A stretch of DNA of 64,000 nucleotides from Actinomycetota bacterium (GCA_035249905.1 DATFFT010000004.1:395-64394), one strand, 5' to 3'. Shown: positions 36,726 through 46,036, numbered from the stretch's first letter. The notes: a model not told the origin generated them from the letters alone. Translations and numbers: made by a program.

Positions 36726-37717
36726 GCCGTTCTCCTCTCAGCGCTCTCTTCCACGCCGGCCTGGTCATCGAGCTCGTCGCCGTCGGCGACGTGCCCCGTC
36801 ACGGCCAGGAAGACCTCGTCGAGGCTCGGCCGGCGAAGCGACAGATCGTCGACCGCGATGTCGGCCTCGTCGAGGCGACGGAACGCCTGGCCGATCGCCG
36901 AGCGATCGTCGATGCGGACCATCACCAGCTGCCCGTCGTTGTAGACGCCGTCGCCCTCTCGGTCGAAGCTCGAGAGGATGCCTTCGACCGCGGGCAGATC
37001 GGCCTGGTCGGCCGGCTGGGCCTGCAGGACGAGCCCGCCGACCCTGGTCTTCAGCTGCTGCGGCGTGCCGGCGGCGATCACGCGGCCGTGGTCGATCACG
37101 ACGATCTCGTCGGCGAGGCGGTCGGCTTCCTCGAGGTACTGGGTGGTGAGGAGCACGGTCGTGCCGTCGGCGACGAGCGAGCGGATCATGGCCCACAGCT
37201 CCAACCGGCTGCGTGGGTCGAGGCCGGTGGTCGGTTCATCGAGGTACAGGTAGCGGGGCCGACCGACGAGGCTCGCCGCCAGATCGAGCCGCCGACGCAT
37301 GCCACCCGAGTACGTCTTGACCAGCTTCGTCGCCGCGTCGGCCAGATCGAACGCCTCGAGCAACTCGGTCGCGCGCCGACGCGCCTCGCGGGGCCGCACC
37401 CCGAGCAACCGTCCGAGCATGAACAGGTTCTCGTTGCCGGACAGGAGCTCGTCGACCGCCGCGTACTGTCCGGTCAGTCCGATCAATGCGCGCACCTTCT
37501 CGGGGTTGCGCGCGACGTCGTACCCGCCGACCGCCGCTCGCCCCTCGTCGGGACGCAGCAGCGTGGACAACACGCGGATCGCCGTGGTCTTGCCGGCGCC
37601 GTTGGGCCCCAGCAGCCCGAACACGGTGCCCTCTCGGGCCACCATGTCGATGCCGCCGAGCGCTCGGGTGGTGCCGAAGCTCTTCGCGAGCCCTTCCGTC
37701 TCGATCGCAGATGTCAC
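36722..37717 (-). CDS. ABC transporter ATP-binding protein (DrrA/daunorubicin-resistance-like)
   Basis: GPNGAGKTT, YSGGMRRRLDLAASL, YLYLDEPTTGLD. GTG 37717 is preferred (purine-rich GAAGAAGGGGGAG upstream); the track start is 37765. Confidence 0.9.
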   Translation of the reverse strand: MTSAIETEGLAKSFGTTRALGGIDMVAREGTVFGLLGPNGAGKTTAIRVLSTLLRPDEGRAAVGGYDVARNPEKVRALIGLTGQYAAVDELLSGNENLFMLGRLLGVRPREARRRATELLEAFDLADAATKLVKTYSGGMRRRLDLAASLVGRPRYLYLDEPTTGLDPRSRLELWAMIRSLVADGTTVLLTTQYLEEADRLADEIVVIDHGRVIAAGTPQQLKTRVGGLVLQAQPADQADLPAVEGILSSFDREGDGVYNDGQLVMVRIDDRSAIGQAFRRLDEADIAVDDLSLRRPSLDEVFLAVTGHVADGDELDDQAGVEESAERRTA

Positions 37718-37827
37718 TCGATCTCCCCCTTCTTCGATGCGGAACGGGAACGAACCGCGGTGCATGAACGATCATGCTGCGGTGAAGTGGTCACCCTCTG
37801 GCCAGTTTCTGTGAGAACCTCGAACCC

Positions 37828-38793
37828 GTGCGTGCGGATCGTCTCGTCGCGGCCTTGCTCGTCCTGCAGGCGCGGGGGCGGGTCACCGCGGGCGAGCTCG
37901 CCGAGGAGCTCGAGATCTCCGAGCGCACGGCCCGCCGCGACCTCGAGGCGCTCGCGATGGCCGGTATCCCCGTCTATTCCCAAGCAGGACGGGGCGGCGG
38001 ATGGTCGCTCGTCGGAGGCGCCCGAACCGATCTCAGCGGGTTGACGGCCGCCGAGGCGCGGACCTTGTTCCTCGTGGCCGGACCGTCGGCAGCGGCGACC
38101 CCACCGGTCAAGGCGGCCCTTCGCAAGCTCGTCAGCGCCCTTCCCGAGCCGTTGCGTGCCGAGGCGGAATCGGCGGCCTCCGCCATCGTGCTCGACCCGG
38201 ACAGATGGGACCGGGCGAGCCGGCCCGAGCCCGAACACCTCGACGTGCTGCAGCGCGCGGTCGTCGATTCGGTGCAGGTGCGGTTGCGCTACGCGGGCCG
38301 TGATCGCCCCGAGACCGAGCGGCTGGTGCATCCGCTGGGCCTCGTGGCCAAGGCGTCGGTCTGGTACCTGGTCGCCGACACCGATGCCGGCCTGCGCACG
38401 TTCCGCCTCAGCCGCGTGCGCGGCGTCGAGGTCACCGACGAACCCGCCGAGCGCCCCGAGGGCTTCGACCTCGCCGAGACGTGGAAGACGATCGTGGACC
38501 GCATCGACGAACGGCGCGAGTGGTTCGAGGCCTCCGCGCTCGTCGACCCCGCGGCCGTCCGGTGGCTGCGAGCCTCGTTCGGCAACCGCTGCACGGTGGG
38601 GAAGGCTGGCCGCGACGGACGGGTCGGATGCGAGCTCAGGAGTTGGTCTGCGCACACGCTCGCGTCGGAGCTGGCGTCGTTCGGCGCCCGGGTCGAGGTC
38701 GTGTCGCCCGACGAGGTGCGCGACGAGCTCGCAAGCCTGGGAGCTGCGTTGATCGACCGCTACGGCCATCCCGCAGCGGCGCCTCACCCATAG
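37828..38793 (+). CDS. WYL-domain transcriptional regulator (HTH_11 + WYL + WCX, YafY-like)
   Basis: MRADRLVAALLVLQARGRVTAGELAEELEISERTARRDLEALAMAGIPVYSQAGRGGGW; WYL core LVHPLGLVAKASVWYLVA. Confidence 0.9.
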   Translation: MRADRLVAALLVLQARGRVTAGELAEELEISERTARRDLEALAMAGIPVYSQAGRGGGWSLVGGARTDLSGLTAAEARTLFLVAGPSAAATPPVKAALRKLVSALPEPLRAEAESAASAIVLDPDRWDRASRPEPEHLDVLQRAVVDSVQVRLRYAGRDRPETERLVHPLGLVAKASVWYLVADTDAGLRTFRLSRVRGVEVTDEPAERPEGFDLAETWKTIVDRIDERREWFEASALVDPAAVRWLRASFGNRCTVGKAGRDGRVGCELRSWSAHTLASELASFGARVEVVSPDEVRDELASLGAALIDRYGHPAAAPHP

Positions 38794-38900
38794 CCCGTCG
38801 CCCCGTCGCGCACGTCGTGCTCCATCCATCACCCACCAACGACCGACCTGGACCGCGGAACTCATCGCCGAACGCTGCGAAAGGGCGCCATGATGTCTGC

Positions 38901-41672
38901 ATGCCTCACGTCGGCCGGGCACCCGGCCATGCCGGGATCGCGGCGCGCGGCCACCTCGAGCTCCCCCGAAGCAACCCCGTCTGGCGCACGGCCCCGACGG
39001 TGCTGCTGCGCTTCCGCTCCTTGTTCGCGGCGCTGGCCGTGGGGGTGTTCCTCGTCTCGGTCGTCGCCGCGGCGTATCCGCTGTTCCTGTCAGCGTCGGA
39101 GAACGACCTCCTGGCCTCGGCGATCGCCGATCCGACGATCACCCGCTACGGCATGGGCGTCGCGTACGGGGCGACCGATCAGGAGCTGTCACCGGACCCC
39201 GGAGATCGCACGAGCTGGGAACGTCGGGAGGAGGCGTTCTCCGAGGAGGTCGCCGTCAGCGAGGCGCTCGATGCCTCCCAGGTCGCCATCTTCGGCGGCG
39301 TCGTGTCGGTGACCGATGCCTCCGGGACCCCACCCGAGACCGGCATCGTCGTGGGACGCCTGTTCGCGGGCACCGATGCCCTCGACCACGTACAGGTGCT
39401 GGACGGCTCCGATGGGCCCGGCCTCTGGCTGCCCGACAACGTCGCGACGCCGCTCGGCGTCGGGCCGGGCGATGAGATCGTGCTGCACGTGGGTCGAAAG
39501 GAGGCGGCCGCGTCGATCGACGGCGTCTACGCCAGCCTGTACACGCAGCCTCGACAGGGGTACTGGCGCCACTGGAACCTCGACATCTACCCGTGCCCGG
39601 AGATCACGTGCTCGACCCCGCCACAGTTCATCCTGGCCGATCACGATCAGCTCGTCGACATCTCCGAACGCCTCGGGGTGCGGAGGGCCGCGTTCGCCTG
39701 GCAGGCCCCCGTGTCCGTGGACCCGCCGCTCACGCTGGCGCGAGCTCGCGAGCTCGCGGCGTTCACCGACTCGCTCGAGCGCGAGATGAGCCCCGGCGGC
39801 TCGGGGTACCGGCTCTTCCACTGCTGCGGGACGACCTACACCCCACACGGGACGGTCGAGGTCACGTTCTCGGGCAACGCTGCGCTCGTCGTCGGCGAGG
39901 TGGAACAGCGGATCGCCTCGGTCCAGGGGCCGATGACGGTACTGCTGATCGCCGGCCTCGCGATCGCGCTCGCCGTGGTGGCGGCGGCCGCGGTCTTCGT
40001 CGTCGCCGGACGACGCGTCGAGTCCGGGGTGCTCACGATCCGTGGGTGGGGCCCGGTCGCGTTCGGCGCGAAGACCGCCCTCGAGACGACGCTGCCCGCG
40101 GTGATCGGCGGAGCGATCGGGTTCGCCACGGCGACCCTGCTGGTGGCAACGGTCGGTCCCGACGCGCCGATCGACCCGTCCGTCCGGTCGGTGGCGATGG
40201 CCGCCTCCGTGGCCGGCACGGTCACGGCGTTGGTCGTGGTCGCCATCGTGTCGGGCGTCGCGTTCGTCGCGCGACACGAGCATCGGCACCGAGTGAGCCG
40301 AGCGTTGGCCGCCGTTCCCTGGGAGCTCGCGGCCCTCGCCGCAGCATGGGTGCTCGCGAGGCGGTTGTCCCACGGCGGGGTCGAGCAGATCGGTGGGATC
40401 GAGCGGCCTCGGCCCGCCGTGTTCCTCTTCCCGCTGATGCTCGCCCTCGCGGCGGCCATCGTGGGCGCGCGGATCGCCCGCCTCGCACTGACATGGTCCC
40501 GACGGGTGCGTCCGAGCATCGGCGCCGGCGCGACGTGGCTCGCGATCCGCAGGCTCCGATCGGCCCCGGGCCTGACATCCCTCCTGCTCGTCGCGGGGAT
40601 CCTCAGCCTCACGATCGCGACGGCCGCCCTCGCGACGGTCGCGTCGCTGCGGACCACCGTGCGATCGAAGGCCGAGGTGTTCGTCGGCAGCCAGGTGCAG
40701 GTGCGGGTCGAGGGACCGGCGGAGATCACCGCCGAGTTCCACTTCCCGCTCACCACCGTCACCAGGCTGCACGATGCAGGGACGCTCGACGACACCGACA
40801 CGAGCTTCGACCTGCTCGCGATCGACCCGGCGACGTTCGCGGGCGCCGCGTCCTGGAACGACGCGTTCTCCGACACGCCGCTCGACACGCTCCTGGAACG
40901 GCTGGCCGAGCGCGGAACCGGCGCCGCCCCCGTGGTGGTTGCGAACGGCGATGGCCTCGCTCCGACGACGATGGAGATCGCGCGCCACTCCGTTCCCCTG
41001 CAGGTGGTGGGGCAGGCGGCGGCCTTCCCCGGAGCGTCGTCGGATCGACGACCGCTCCTCGTGGTGGATCGAGCCGCCCTCGCCGACGCCTTCCGCGGCC
41101 TCCCCGATCCGCTCCTCGTTCCGAGGGCGACAAGTGAGGTGTGGATCGACGGTCCTCCCGACGACGTGCAGCCACGGCTGCGGGATCTCGGCATCCGACC
41201 GTTGCTGGTGATCACGGCCGACGAGGTGCAGGACATCCCGTTCATCGATGCGGTCGTGCAGACGTTCCTGGTGCTCCAGGTCCTCGGGTACTCGGCCGTC
41301 GTGCTGCTGCTGGTCGTCGGGGTCGTGTACCTGCACGCGCGGCAGCGCGGCCGTGCGGTGGCGACCACGCTCTCCGATCGCATGGGGATGGCGCGTTCCA
41401 CCATGCGGGCCGCGTCGATCCTGGAGCTGGGGGTGCTGCTGCTCGCATCGCTCCTGGTAGGCACGTTCACAGGTGCGATCGCGACCGGGGTGATCGTGCC
41501 GAGCATCGACCCCCTGCCCACGATCCCGCCCGAACCGCTCCTGGCGTTCCCGTTCGCGGCGATCGTAGCGACCGTGCTCTGCCTCTCGCTCGCCGCCTTC
41601 GTCGGCGGCGCCGCGGCCGACCGGGGGGCGCGGCACGTCTCGACCGGGGAGGTGATGCGCGTTGCCGAATGA
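38901..41672 (+). CDS. large ABC transporter permease with two FtsX-type modules and large extracytoplasmic domains
   Basis: N-terminal TM (LFAALAVGVFLVSVVAAAYPLFL), an extracytoplasmic domain of about 400 aa, a TM bundle, a second ECD, and a C-terminal TM bundle (VVQTFLVLQVLGYSAVVLLLVVGVVYL...). Start uncertain. Confidence 0.8.
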   Translation: MPHVGRAPGHAGIAARGHLELPRSNPVWRTAPTVLLRFRSLFAALAVGVFLVSVVAAAYPLFLSASENDLLASAIADPTITRYGMGVAYGATDQELSPDPGDRTSWERREEAFSEEVAVSEALDASQVAIFGGVVSVTDASGTPPETGIVVGRLFAGTDALDHVQVLDGSDGPGLWLPDNVATPLGVGPGDEIVLHVGRKEAAASIDGVYASLYTQPRQGYWRHWNLDIYPCPEITCSTPPQFILADHDQLVDISERLGVRRAAFAWQAPVSVDPPLTLARARELAAFTDSLEREMSPGGSGYRLFHCCGTTYTPHGTVEVTFSGNAALVVGEVEQRIASVQGPMTVLLIAGLAIALAVVAAAAVFVVAGRRVESGVLTIRGWGPVAFGAKTALETTLPAVIGGAIGFATATLLVATVGPDAPIDPSVRSVAMAASVAGTVTALVVVAIVSGVAFVARHEHRHRVSRALAAVPWELAALAAAWVLARRLSHGGVEQIGGIERPRPAVFLFPLMLALAAAIVGARIARLALTWSRRVRPSIGAGATWLAIRRLRSAPGLTSLLLVAGILSLTIATAALATVASLRTTVRSKAEVFVGSQVQVRVEGPAEITAEFHFPLTTVTRLHDAGTLDDTDTSFDLLAIDPATFAGAASWNDAFSDTPLDTLLERLAERGTGAAPVVVANGDGLAPTTMEIARHSVPLQVVGQAAAFPGASSDRRPLLVVDRAALADAFRGLPDPLLVPRATSEVWIDGPPDDVQPRLRDLGIRPLLVITADEVQDIPFIDAVVQTFLVLQVLGYSAVVLLLVVGVVYLHARQRGRAVATTLSDRMGMARSTMRAASILELGVLLLASLLVGTFTGAIATGVIVPSIDPLPTIPPEPLLAFPFAAIVATVLCLSLAAFVGGAAADRGARHVSTGEVMRVAE

Positions 41673-43068
41673 CAGCGCCGCCGTGCGGTTGCACGCCGTC
41701 GTACGAACCTACCGGACGCCCACGGGTGAGGTGCGCGCGCTCCGCGACGTGTCGGCCGACCTGCCCGCCGGCGTCGTCTCCGCCGTGGTCGGTCCCTCGG
41801 GAAGCGGGAAATCCTCGCTGCTGCGACTGGTCGCCGGTCTCGACCGGCCGACCGAGGGCTCCGTGCGGGTCCACGGAACGGAGCTCGGGGGAGCCTCGTC
41901 GAGAGCACGCCGCCGGGCACGACGATCGACGGTCGGGTACGTGTTCCAACGGCCGTCGGACAACCTCGTCCCACACCTCACCGTGGCCGACCATCTGCGG
42001 TTGGCCTCGCGCGCCGGCGATCTCACGGACCACGACGTGCTGAGCACGGCCGACGAGCTCGGTCTCACTCCCCGGCTCTCGCACCGGCCCGACGAGCTGT
42101 CCGGGGGGGAGCAACAGCGCGCGGCCGTGGCCCAGGCGCTCGCGTCGGGTGCCACCGTGATCGTGGCCGACGAACCGACGGCGGAGCTGGACTCCGATGC
42201 GGCCGACATGGTGCTCGGCCGGATCGCCGCCCTGGCAACACGCGGGGTCACGTTCGTCCTAGCCACCCACGATCCCTCCGTGATGGCGATCGCCGAGCAC
42301 CGACTCGAACTGGAGCACGGAGCCGTCGCCGGCGCGGTGCCATCGGGCACGCAGCCGACCGACCAGCTCGACCGACCCCTGCGATGGCCCTCGGACGTGG
42401 AGCCGATCGGACCGTGGCTCGACGACGACGGCCCCGCGCTTCGACTCGACGGGGTCACGAAGACCTTCGGCAGCTCCGCCGATGCGGTCCGTGCCGTGGA
42501 CGGGGCCGGTCTCGAGGCGCGTCCGGGCGAGGCGATCGCGCTCGTGGGTCGCTCCGGCTCGGGCAAGACCACGTTGCTCAACATCGCCGCCGGCTGGGAA
42601 CGGCCCGATTCAGGAACGGTTCTGCGCCCCGGAGGCCCCGCCCCCGGCTGGTCGGACGTCGCCGTCGTCCCCCAGCATCTCGGGTTGATGGACGAGCTGA
42701 GCATCCGCGAGAACGTCGAGTACCCTGCTCGGCTGGACGGAAGCCTCGAAGAGCGAGGCGACCTCATCGACGATCTGCTGGAGCGGCTGGGGCTCTCGGC
42801 GATCCAACTGCGGTCGCCTCGGGAGAGCTCGCTCGGGGAACAGCAACGAACCGCCGTCGCTCGGGCGGTCGTGCTCGGTCCCGCGCTGATCGTCGCCGAC
42901 GAGCCGACGGCTCACCAGGACGCGGGTTGGACGATCGCCGTGCTGCGCACCCTCACCGACGCGACGACGATCGGAGGGTGCTGCCTGATCGCCACCCACG
43001 ACGCGACCGTCCTCGGCTCGGTCGACCGAACGATCGGCATCGCCGACGGACGCCTGTCGCAGGCGTGA
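41662..43068 (+). CDS. fused tandem-NBD ABC ATPase (MacB/LolD-type NBDs)
   Basis: NBD1: GPSGSGKSS, LSGGEQQR, VIVADEPT, ATHD. NBD2: GRSGSGKTT, SLGEQQR (degenerate signature), LIVADEPT, ATHD. Overlaps the permease 3' end. The start is TTG 41662 or GTG 41683. Confidence 0.85.
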   Translation: MPNDSAAVRLHAVVRTYRTPTGEVRALRDVSADLPAGVVSAVVGPSGSGKSSLLRLVAGLDRPTEGSVRVHGTELGGASSRARRRARRSTVGYVFQRPSDNLVPHLTVADHLRLASRAGDLTDHDVLSTADELGLTPRLSHRPDELSGGEQQRAAVAQALASGATVIVADEPTAELDSDAADMVLGRIAALATRGVTFVLATHDPSVMAIAEHRLELEHGAVAGAVPSGTQPTDQLDRPLRWPSDVEPIGPWLDDDGPALRLDGVTKTFGSSADAVRAVDGAGLEARPGEAIALVGRSGSGKTTLLNIAAGWERPDSGTVLRPGGPAPGWSDVAVVPQHLGLMDELSIRENVEYPARLDGSLEERGDLIDDLLERLGLSAIQLRSPRESSLGEQQRTAVARAVVLGPALIVADEPTAHQDAGWTIAVLRTLTDATTIGGCCLIATHDATVLGSVDRTIGIADGRLSQA

Positions 43069-43133
43069 CGATCGGACCCCCCACGACCGGGTGCTACGCA
43101 CATGAGGCGTTACCTGCCAAGGTCGAACACTGG

Positions 43134-43162
43134 TTGACGGACACCGACCCGGCAGCGATACT
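43134..43162 (+). promoter_or_regulatory. sigma70-like promoter TTGACG-N17-GATACT predicting a leaderless mRNA
   Basis: -35 at 43134-43139 and -10 at 43157-43162. ATG 43169 lies 6 nt after the -10, and there is no SD. Confidence 0.5.
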
Positions 43163-43168
43163 CCGATC

Positions 43169-43723
43169 ATGACGACCGAGGTCAGGAACCCCAGTGAGGC
43201 GCCGGGCGAGCTCGACCTGGTCCGCCGGTTCGTGAACACCCTCGACATCGAGGAGGGGACCGACGACCTGAGCACGCCCGCAGAGGCGAAGGCCTGGCTC
43301 GAAGGGGAAGGGTGGCGGACGCGGGTCGGGGAGCGCGAGCTGCGTGAGCTCGTGTCGTTCCGTGAGGCGGTGCGGGACTTCGTCGGATCACGGGGCACCG
43401 AGGGCGACGAGGACGCGGTCGCGGCGATCGACTCGATCGCCCGCCGATACCCCCTCGTCGTCAGCTTCGCCTCGTCCGAGGTGTTGTTCCCGCCCTCGAA
43501 CGGGGTGCCGGGATTCATCGAGCGGGTCCTGGGTCTCGTGGCGGCCGCGGAGATCGACGGGTCCTGGGACCGCATGAAGACCTGTGCGAACCATGGGTGC
43601 CGTTGGCTCTTCTTCGACCACTCGAGGAATCGCTCCCGAACCTGGTGCACGATGGACCTCTGCGGCAGTCAGGCGAAGATGCGCGCGTACCGCAACCGCC
43701 AGGCCGCCCGCGCGAGCCTGTAG
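43169..43723 (+). CDS. CGNR zinc-finger domain protein (ABATE N-terminal domain)
   Basis: LDLVRRFVNTLD...; C-terminal MKTCANHGCRWLFFDHSRNRSRTWCTMDLCGSQAKMRAYRNRQ. Confidence 0.9.
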   Translation: MTTEVRNPSEAPGELDLVRRFVNTLDIEEGTDDLSTPAEAKAWLEGEGWRTRVGERELRELVSFREAVRDFVGSRGTEGDEDAVAAIDSIARRYPLVVSFASSEVLFPPSNGVPGFIERVLGLVAAAEIDGSWDRMKTCANHGCRWLFFDHSRNRSRTWCTMDLCGSQAKMRAYRNRQAARASL

Positions 43724-43782
43724 GCCCGTACCGTCCGTGCCCTCGACCTCCTGCAGTTGACCTCGTTCATCGCTCCTTGGGC

Positions 43783-43840
43783 TTGACGAGGTGAGGATGG
43801 CTGTTCTATAACCTTCTCGTTCTAGAAAGGGGAGGTTATA
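43783..43840 (+). promoter_or_regulatory. promoter TTGACG-N18-TATAAC with a 34-nt AT-rich palindromic operator
   Basis: -35 at 43783-43788 and -10 at 43807-43812. Arms TATAACCT (43807-43814) and AGGTTATA (43833-43840), with a central TTCTAGAA. SD GGGGAGG lies inside the right arm. Confidence 0.55.
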
Positions 43841-43841
43841 C

Positions 43842-44219
43842 ATGGCGACGGCGCAGGCCGAGCTCGATCAGGTCTTCGGAGCGCTGGCCGACCCCACACG
43901 CCGTGCGATCCTCACGCGGCTGACCGAGGGCGACGCGAGCGTGGCGCAGCTCACCGCGCCGTTCACGGTGACCCAGCCTGCGATCTCCCGCCACCTCAAG
44001 GTGCTCGAGCGTGCCGGGCTGATCTCGCGGAGCCGCAAGGCGACGGTGCGCCTCAGTCACCTCGAAGCCGAACCCCTCCGCCAGGCCACCACATGGCTCG
44101 CGGACTATCGGGAATATTGGGAGGTGAGCTACGAGCGTCTCGACGCGCTGCTCGCGGCCCTGCAAGAGAGCAACCGCACGGACACGAACGGGTCCTCGAC
44201 GGGAAGGAGCACGTCATGA
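43842..44219 (+). CDS. ArsR/SmtB family transcriptional regulator
   Basis: FGALADPTRRAILTRLTEGDASVAQLTAPFTVTQPAISRHLKVLERAGLI. Confidence 0.92.
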   Translation: MATAQAELDQVFGALADPTRRAILTRLTEGDASVAQLTAPFTVTQPAISRHLKVLERAGLISRSRKATVRLSHLEAEPLRQATTWLADYREYWEVSYERLDALLAALQESNRTDTNGSSTGRSTS

Positions 44220-44701
44220 CCGAGTTGAAGGTGACCGCGGAGCAGGGCGTTCCGCAGGTCCTGACCGAGCGTGAGTTCGACGCGCCACGCGAGCTCGTCT
44301 ATCGCGCGTTCACCGAGCCAGAGCTGCTCGCGCAGTGGCTCGGGCCGCACGGCTACACGATGAAGGTCGACCGATACGACCTGCGAGACGGCGGCACGTG
44401 GCGATACACCCACACCGACCCGGAAGGCAACGAGTACGCCTTCCACGGTGTCTTCCACGGCGATCCGCTGCCCGACCGACTCGTGCAAACCTTCGAGTTC
44501 GAGGGTGCACCCGGTCATGTCTCCATGGACACCGTGTTGCTCGAAGACCACGACGGAAGCACGATCGTGCGGACGAACACCGTCTTCCAGTCGGTGGAAG
44601 CCCGCGACGCGATGGTCGAGGGTGGCATGGCCGTCGGCATGAGCGAGGGCTATGAACAGCTGGACGAACTGCTGAACACGTCGCTGAAGCCCCGGCACTG
44701 A
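44216..44701 (+). CDS. SRPBCC superfamily protein (AHSA1-like)
   Basis: ATGA overlap with ArsR; REFDAPRELVYRAFTEPELLAQWLGPHG...RDGGTWRY. Confidence 0.88.
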   Translation: MTELKVTAEQGVPQVLTEREFDAPRELVYRAFTEPELLAQWLGPHGYTMKVDRYDLRDGGTWRYTHTDPEGNEYAFHGVFHGDPLPDRLVQTFEFEGAPGHVSMDTVLLEDHDGSTIVRTNTVFQSVEARDAMVEGGMAVGMSEGYEQLDELLNTSLKPRH

Positions 44702-44737
44702 CGAGAGAAGGAACCGACCGACGGAAGGGATGCACAG

Positions 44738-45229
44738 ATGACCCAGATCGAGCAGAAGATCACCCCGTTCCTCTGGTTCGACACCGAGGCCGAGGAAGCC
44801 GCGAGCTTCTACGTCTCGTTGTTCGATGACTCCGAGGTCGTCGCCGTGGCGCGTTACCCGGACGGCGTTCCCGGCCGCAACGCCGGCGACGCGATGACCG
44901 TCAACTTCCGGCTCGCGGGCCAGGGGTTCACCGCCCTCAACGGCGGACCGGAGTTCTCCTTCACCGAGGCGATCTCGCTGTACGTGCACTGCACGGATCA
45001 GGAGGAGGTCGACCGCCTGTGGGACCGGCTCATCGATGGCGGCGGCGAACCGAGCCAGTGCGGCTGGCTCAAGGACCGGTTCGGCCTGAGCTGGCAGATC
45101 GTCCCCGACCGGCTCGGCGAGCTGCTGGGTGACGACGATCCCGCACGGGCGAACGCGGCGATGCAGGCGATGCTGCAGATGCAGAAGATCGAGGTCAAGG
45201 CCCTGGAAGACGCGGCGAACGCGGCCTGA
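44738..45229 (+). CDS. VOC family protein, PhnB / 3-demethylubiquinone-9 3-methyltransferase-domain type
   Basis: ITPFLWFDTEAEEAASFYVSLF...CGWLKDRFGLSWQIVP. Confidence 0.88.
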   Translation: MTQIEQKITPFLWFDTEAEEAASFYVSLFDDSEVVAVARYPDGVPGRNAGDAMTVNFRLAGQGFTALNGGPEFSFTEAISLYVHCTDQEEVDRLWDRLIDGGGEPSQCGWLKDRFGLSWQIVPDRLGELLGDDDPARANAAMQAMLQMQKIEVKALEDAANAA

Positions 45230-45250
45230 GCCACGGGAAGGAGCGCGATC

Positions 45251-45667
45251 GTGGACATGAAGCTCGAGCTGCTGCCGATCCCCGTCGACGACGTCGAACG
45301 GGCGAAGGCCTTCTACAGCGAACAGGTCGGCTTCACCGTCGACCTTGACCATGCTCCGAACGACGAGATGCGGATGGTGCAGCTCACGCCCCCGGGATCC
45401 GACTGCTCGATCATGGTCGGCATGGGAACGATCGACACGGAGCCGGGGTCGGTGCAGGGCGTGCAGCTGGTCGTCGACGACATCGACGCCGTCCGCGACC
45501 GGCTCGCTGAGCGAGGGGTCGAGATCAGTCCCGTTCGCCACTTCGAGAACGGCGAGTGGATCGACGGCAAGGGCGGCCGATGGAACTCGTTCGCGTTCTT
45601 CGACGACCCGGACGGCAACGGCTGGGTCCTGCAGGAGCGCCCGGCGGACGGGTCGTCGAGCTCGTGA
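45251..45667 (+). CDS. VOC/glyoxalase family protein
   Basis: LELLPIPVDDVERAKAFYSEQVGF...FAFFDDPDGNGWVLQE. Confidence 0.88.
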   Translation: MDMKLELLPIPVDDVERAKAFYSEQVGFTVDLDHAPNDEMRMVQLTPPGSDCSIMVGMGTIDTEPGSVQGVQLVVDDIDAVRDRLAERGVEISPVRHFENGEWIDGKGGRWNSFAFFDDPDGNGWVLQERPADGSSSS

Positions 45668-45799
45668 AGGGGGCGCATCGCCGAGAGCGCCTGAGGCACC
45701 TGCTCCCCAGGTGGTAGGCGGGAACACTCCGCTCGTGCGACGTCGACGGTCATCGGACACGCCACCATGGAGGTGTCCGACCGGAGGAGGTGCATCGAG

Positions 45800-46036
45800 A
45801 TGTTGATGACATGGGGCAACGCCGGCGGCGGGCCTTGGTTCCTGATCTTCCCGTTGCTGTGGATCGCCGTCGTCGTCTTCGCGATCTTCGCGTTCCGCGG
45901 GGGATGGCGCCGGCAGCACGACCACTCGCACGGGCCGCCTTCGGCCGAGGCGATCCTCGGCGAACGCTTCGCGCGAGGCGAGATCTCGGCCGACGAGTAC
46001 CGGGAACGGCTCGGGGTGCTGCAGCGGGGCGACTGA
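45800..46036 (+). CDS. SHOCT-domain small membrane protein
   Basis: TM PWFLIFPLLWIAVVVFAIFAF plus SHOCT AEAILGERFARGEISADEYRERLGVL. SD GGAGGAGG. Confidence 0.8.
   Translation: MLMTWGNAGGGPWFLIFPLLWIAVVVFAIFAFRGGWRRQHDHSHGPPSAEAILGERFARGEISADEYRERLGVLQRGD

Noticed and set aside
39189-41636. 815-aa minus-strand ORF
   Set aside because: It lies antisense to the FtsX-type permease, has an Arg/Gly/Asp/His-rich composition and no domain signature.
45753-45780. 8-bp hairpin TCGGACAC-N12-GTGTCCGA upstream of the SHOCT gene
   Set aside because: The stem is short and there is no U-tract or recognisable riboswitch context. It could be a weak terminator of the VOC operon or chance. There is not enough evidence to report it as a feature.
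44129-45931. 600-aa minus-strand ORF spanning four plus-strand genes
   Set aside because: The plus strand here encodes four clearly recognisable proteins (SRPBCC, two VOC, SHOCT) with SDs and coupled starts. The minus frame has no motifs.
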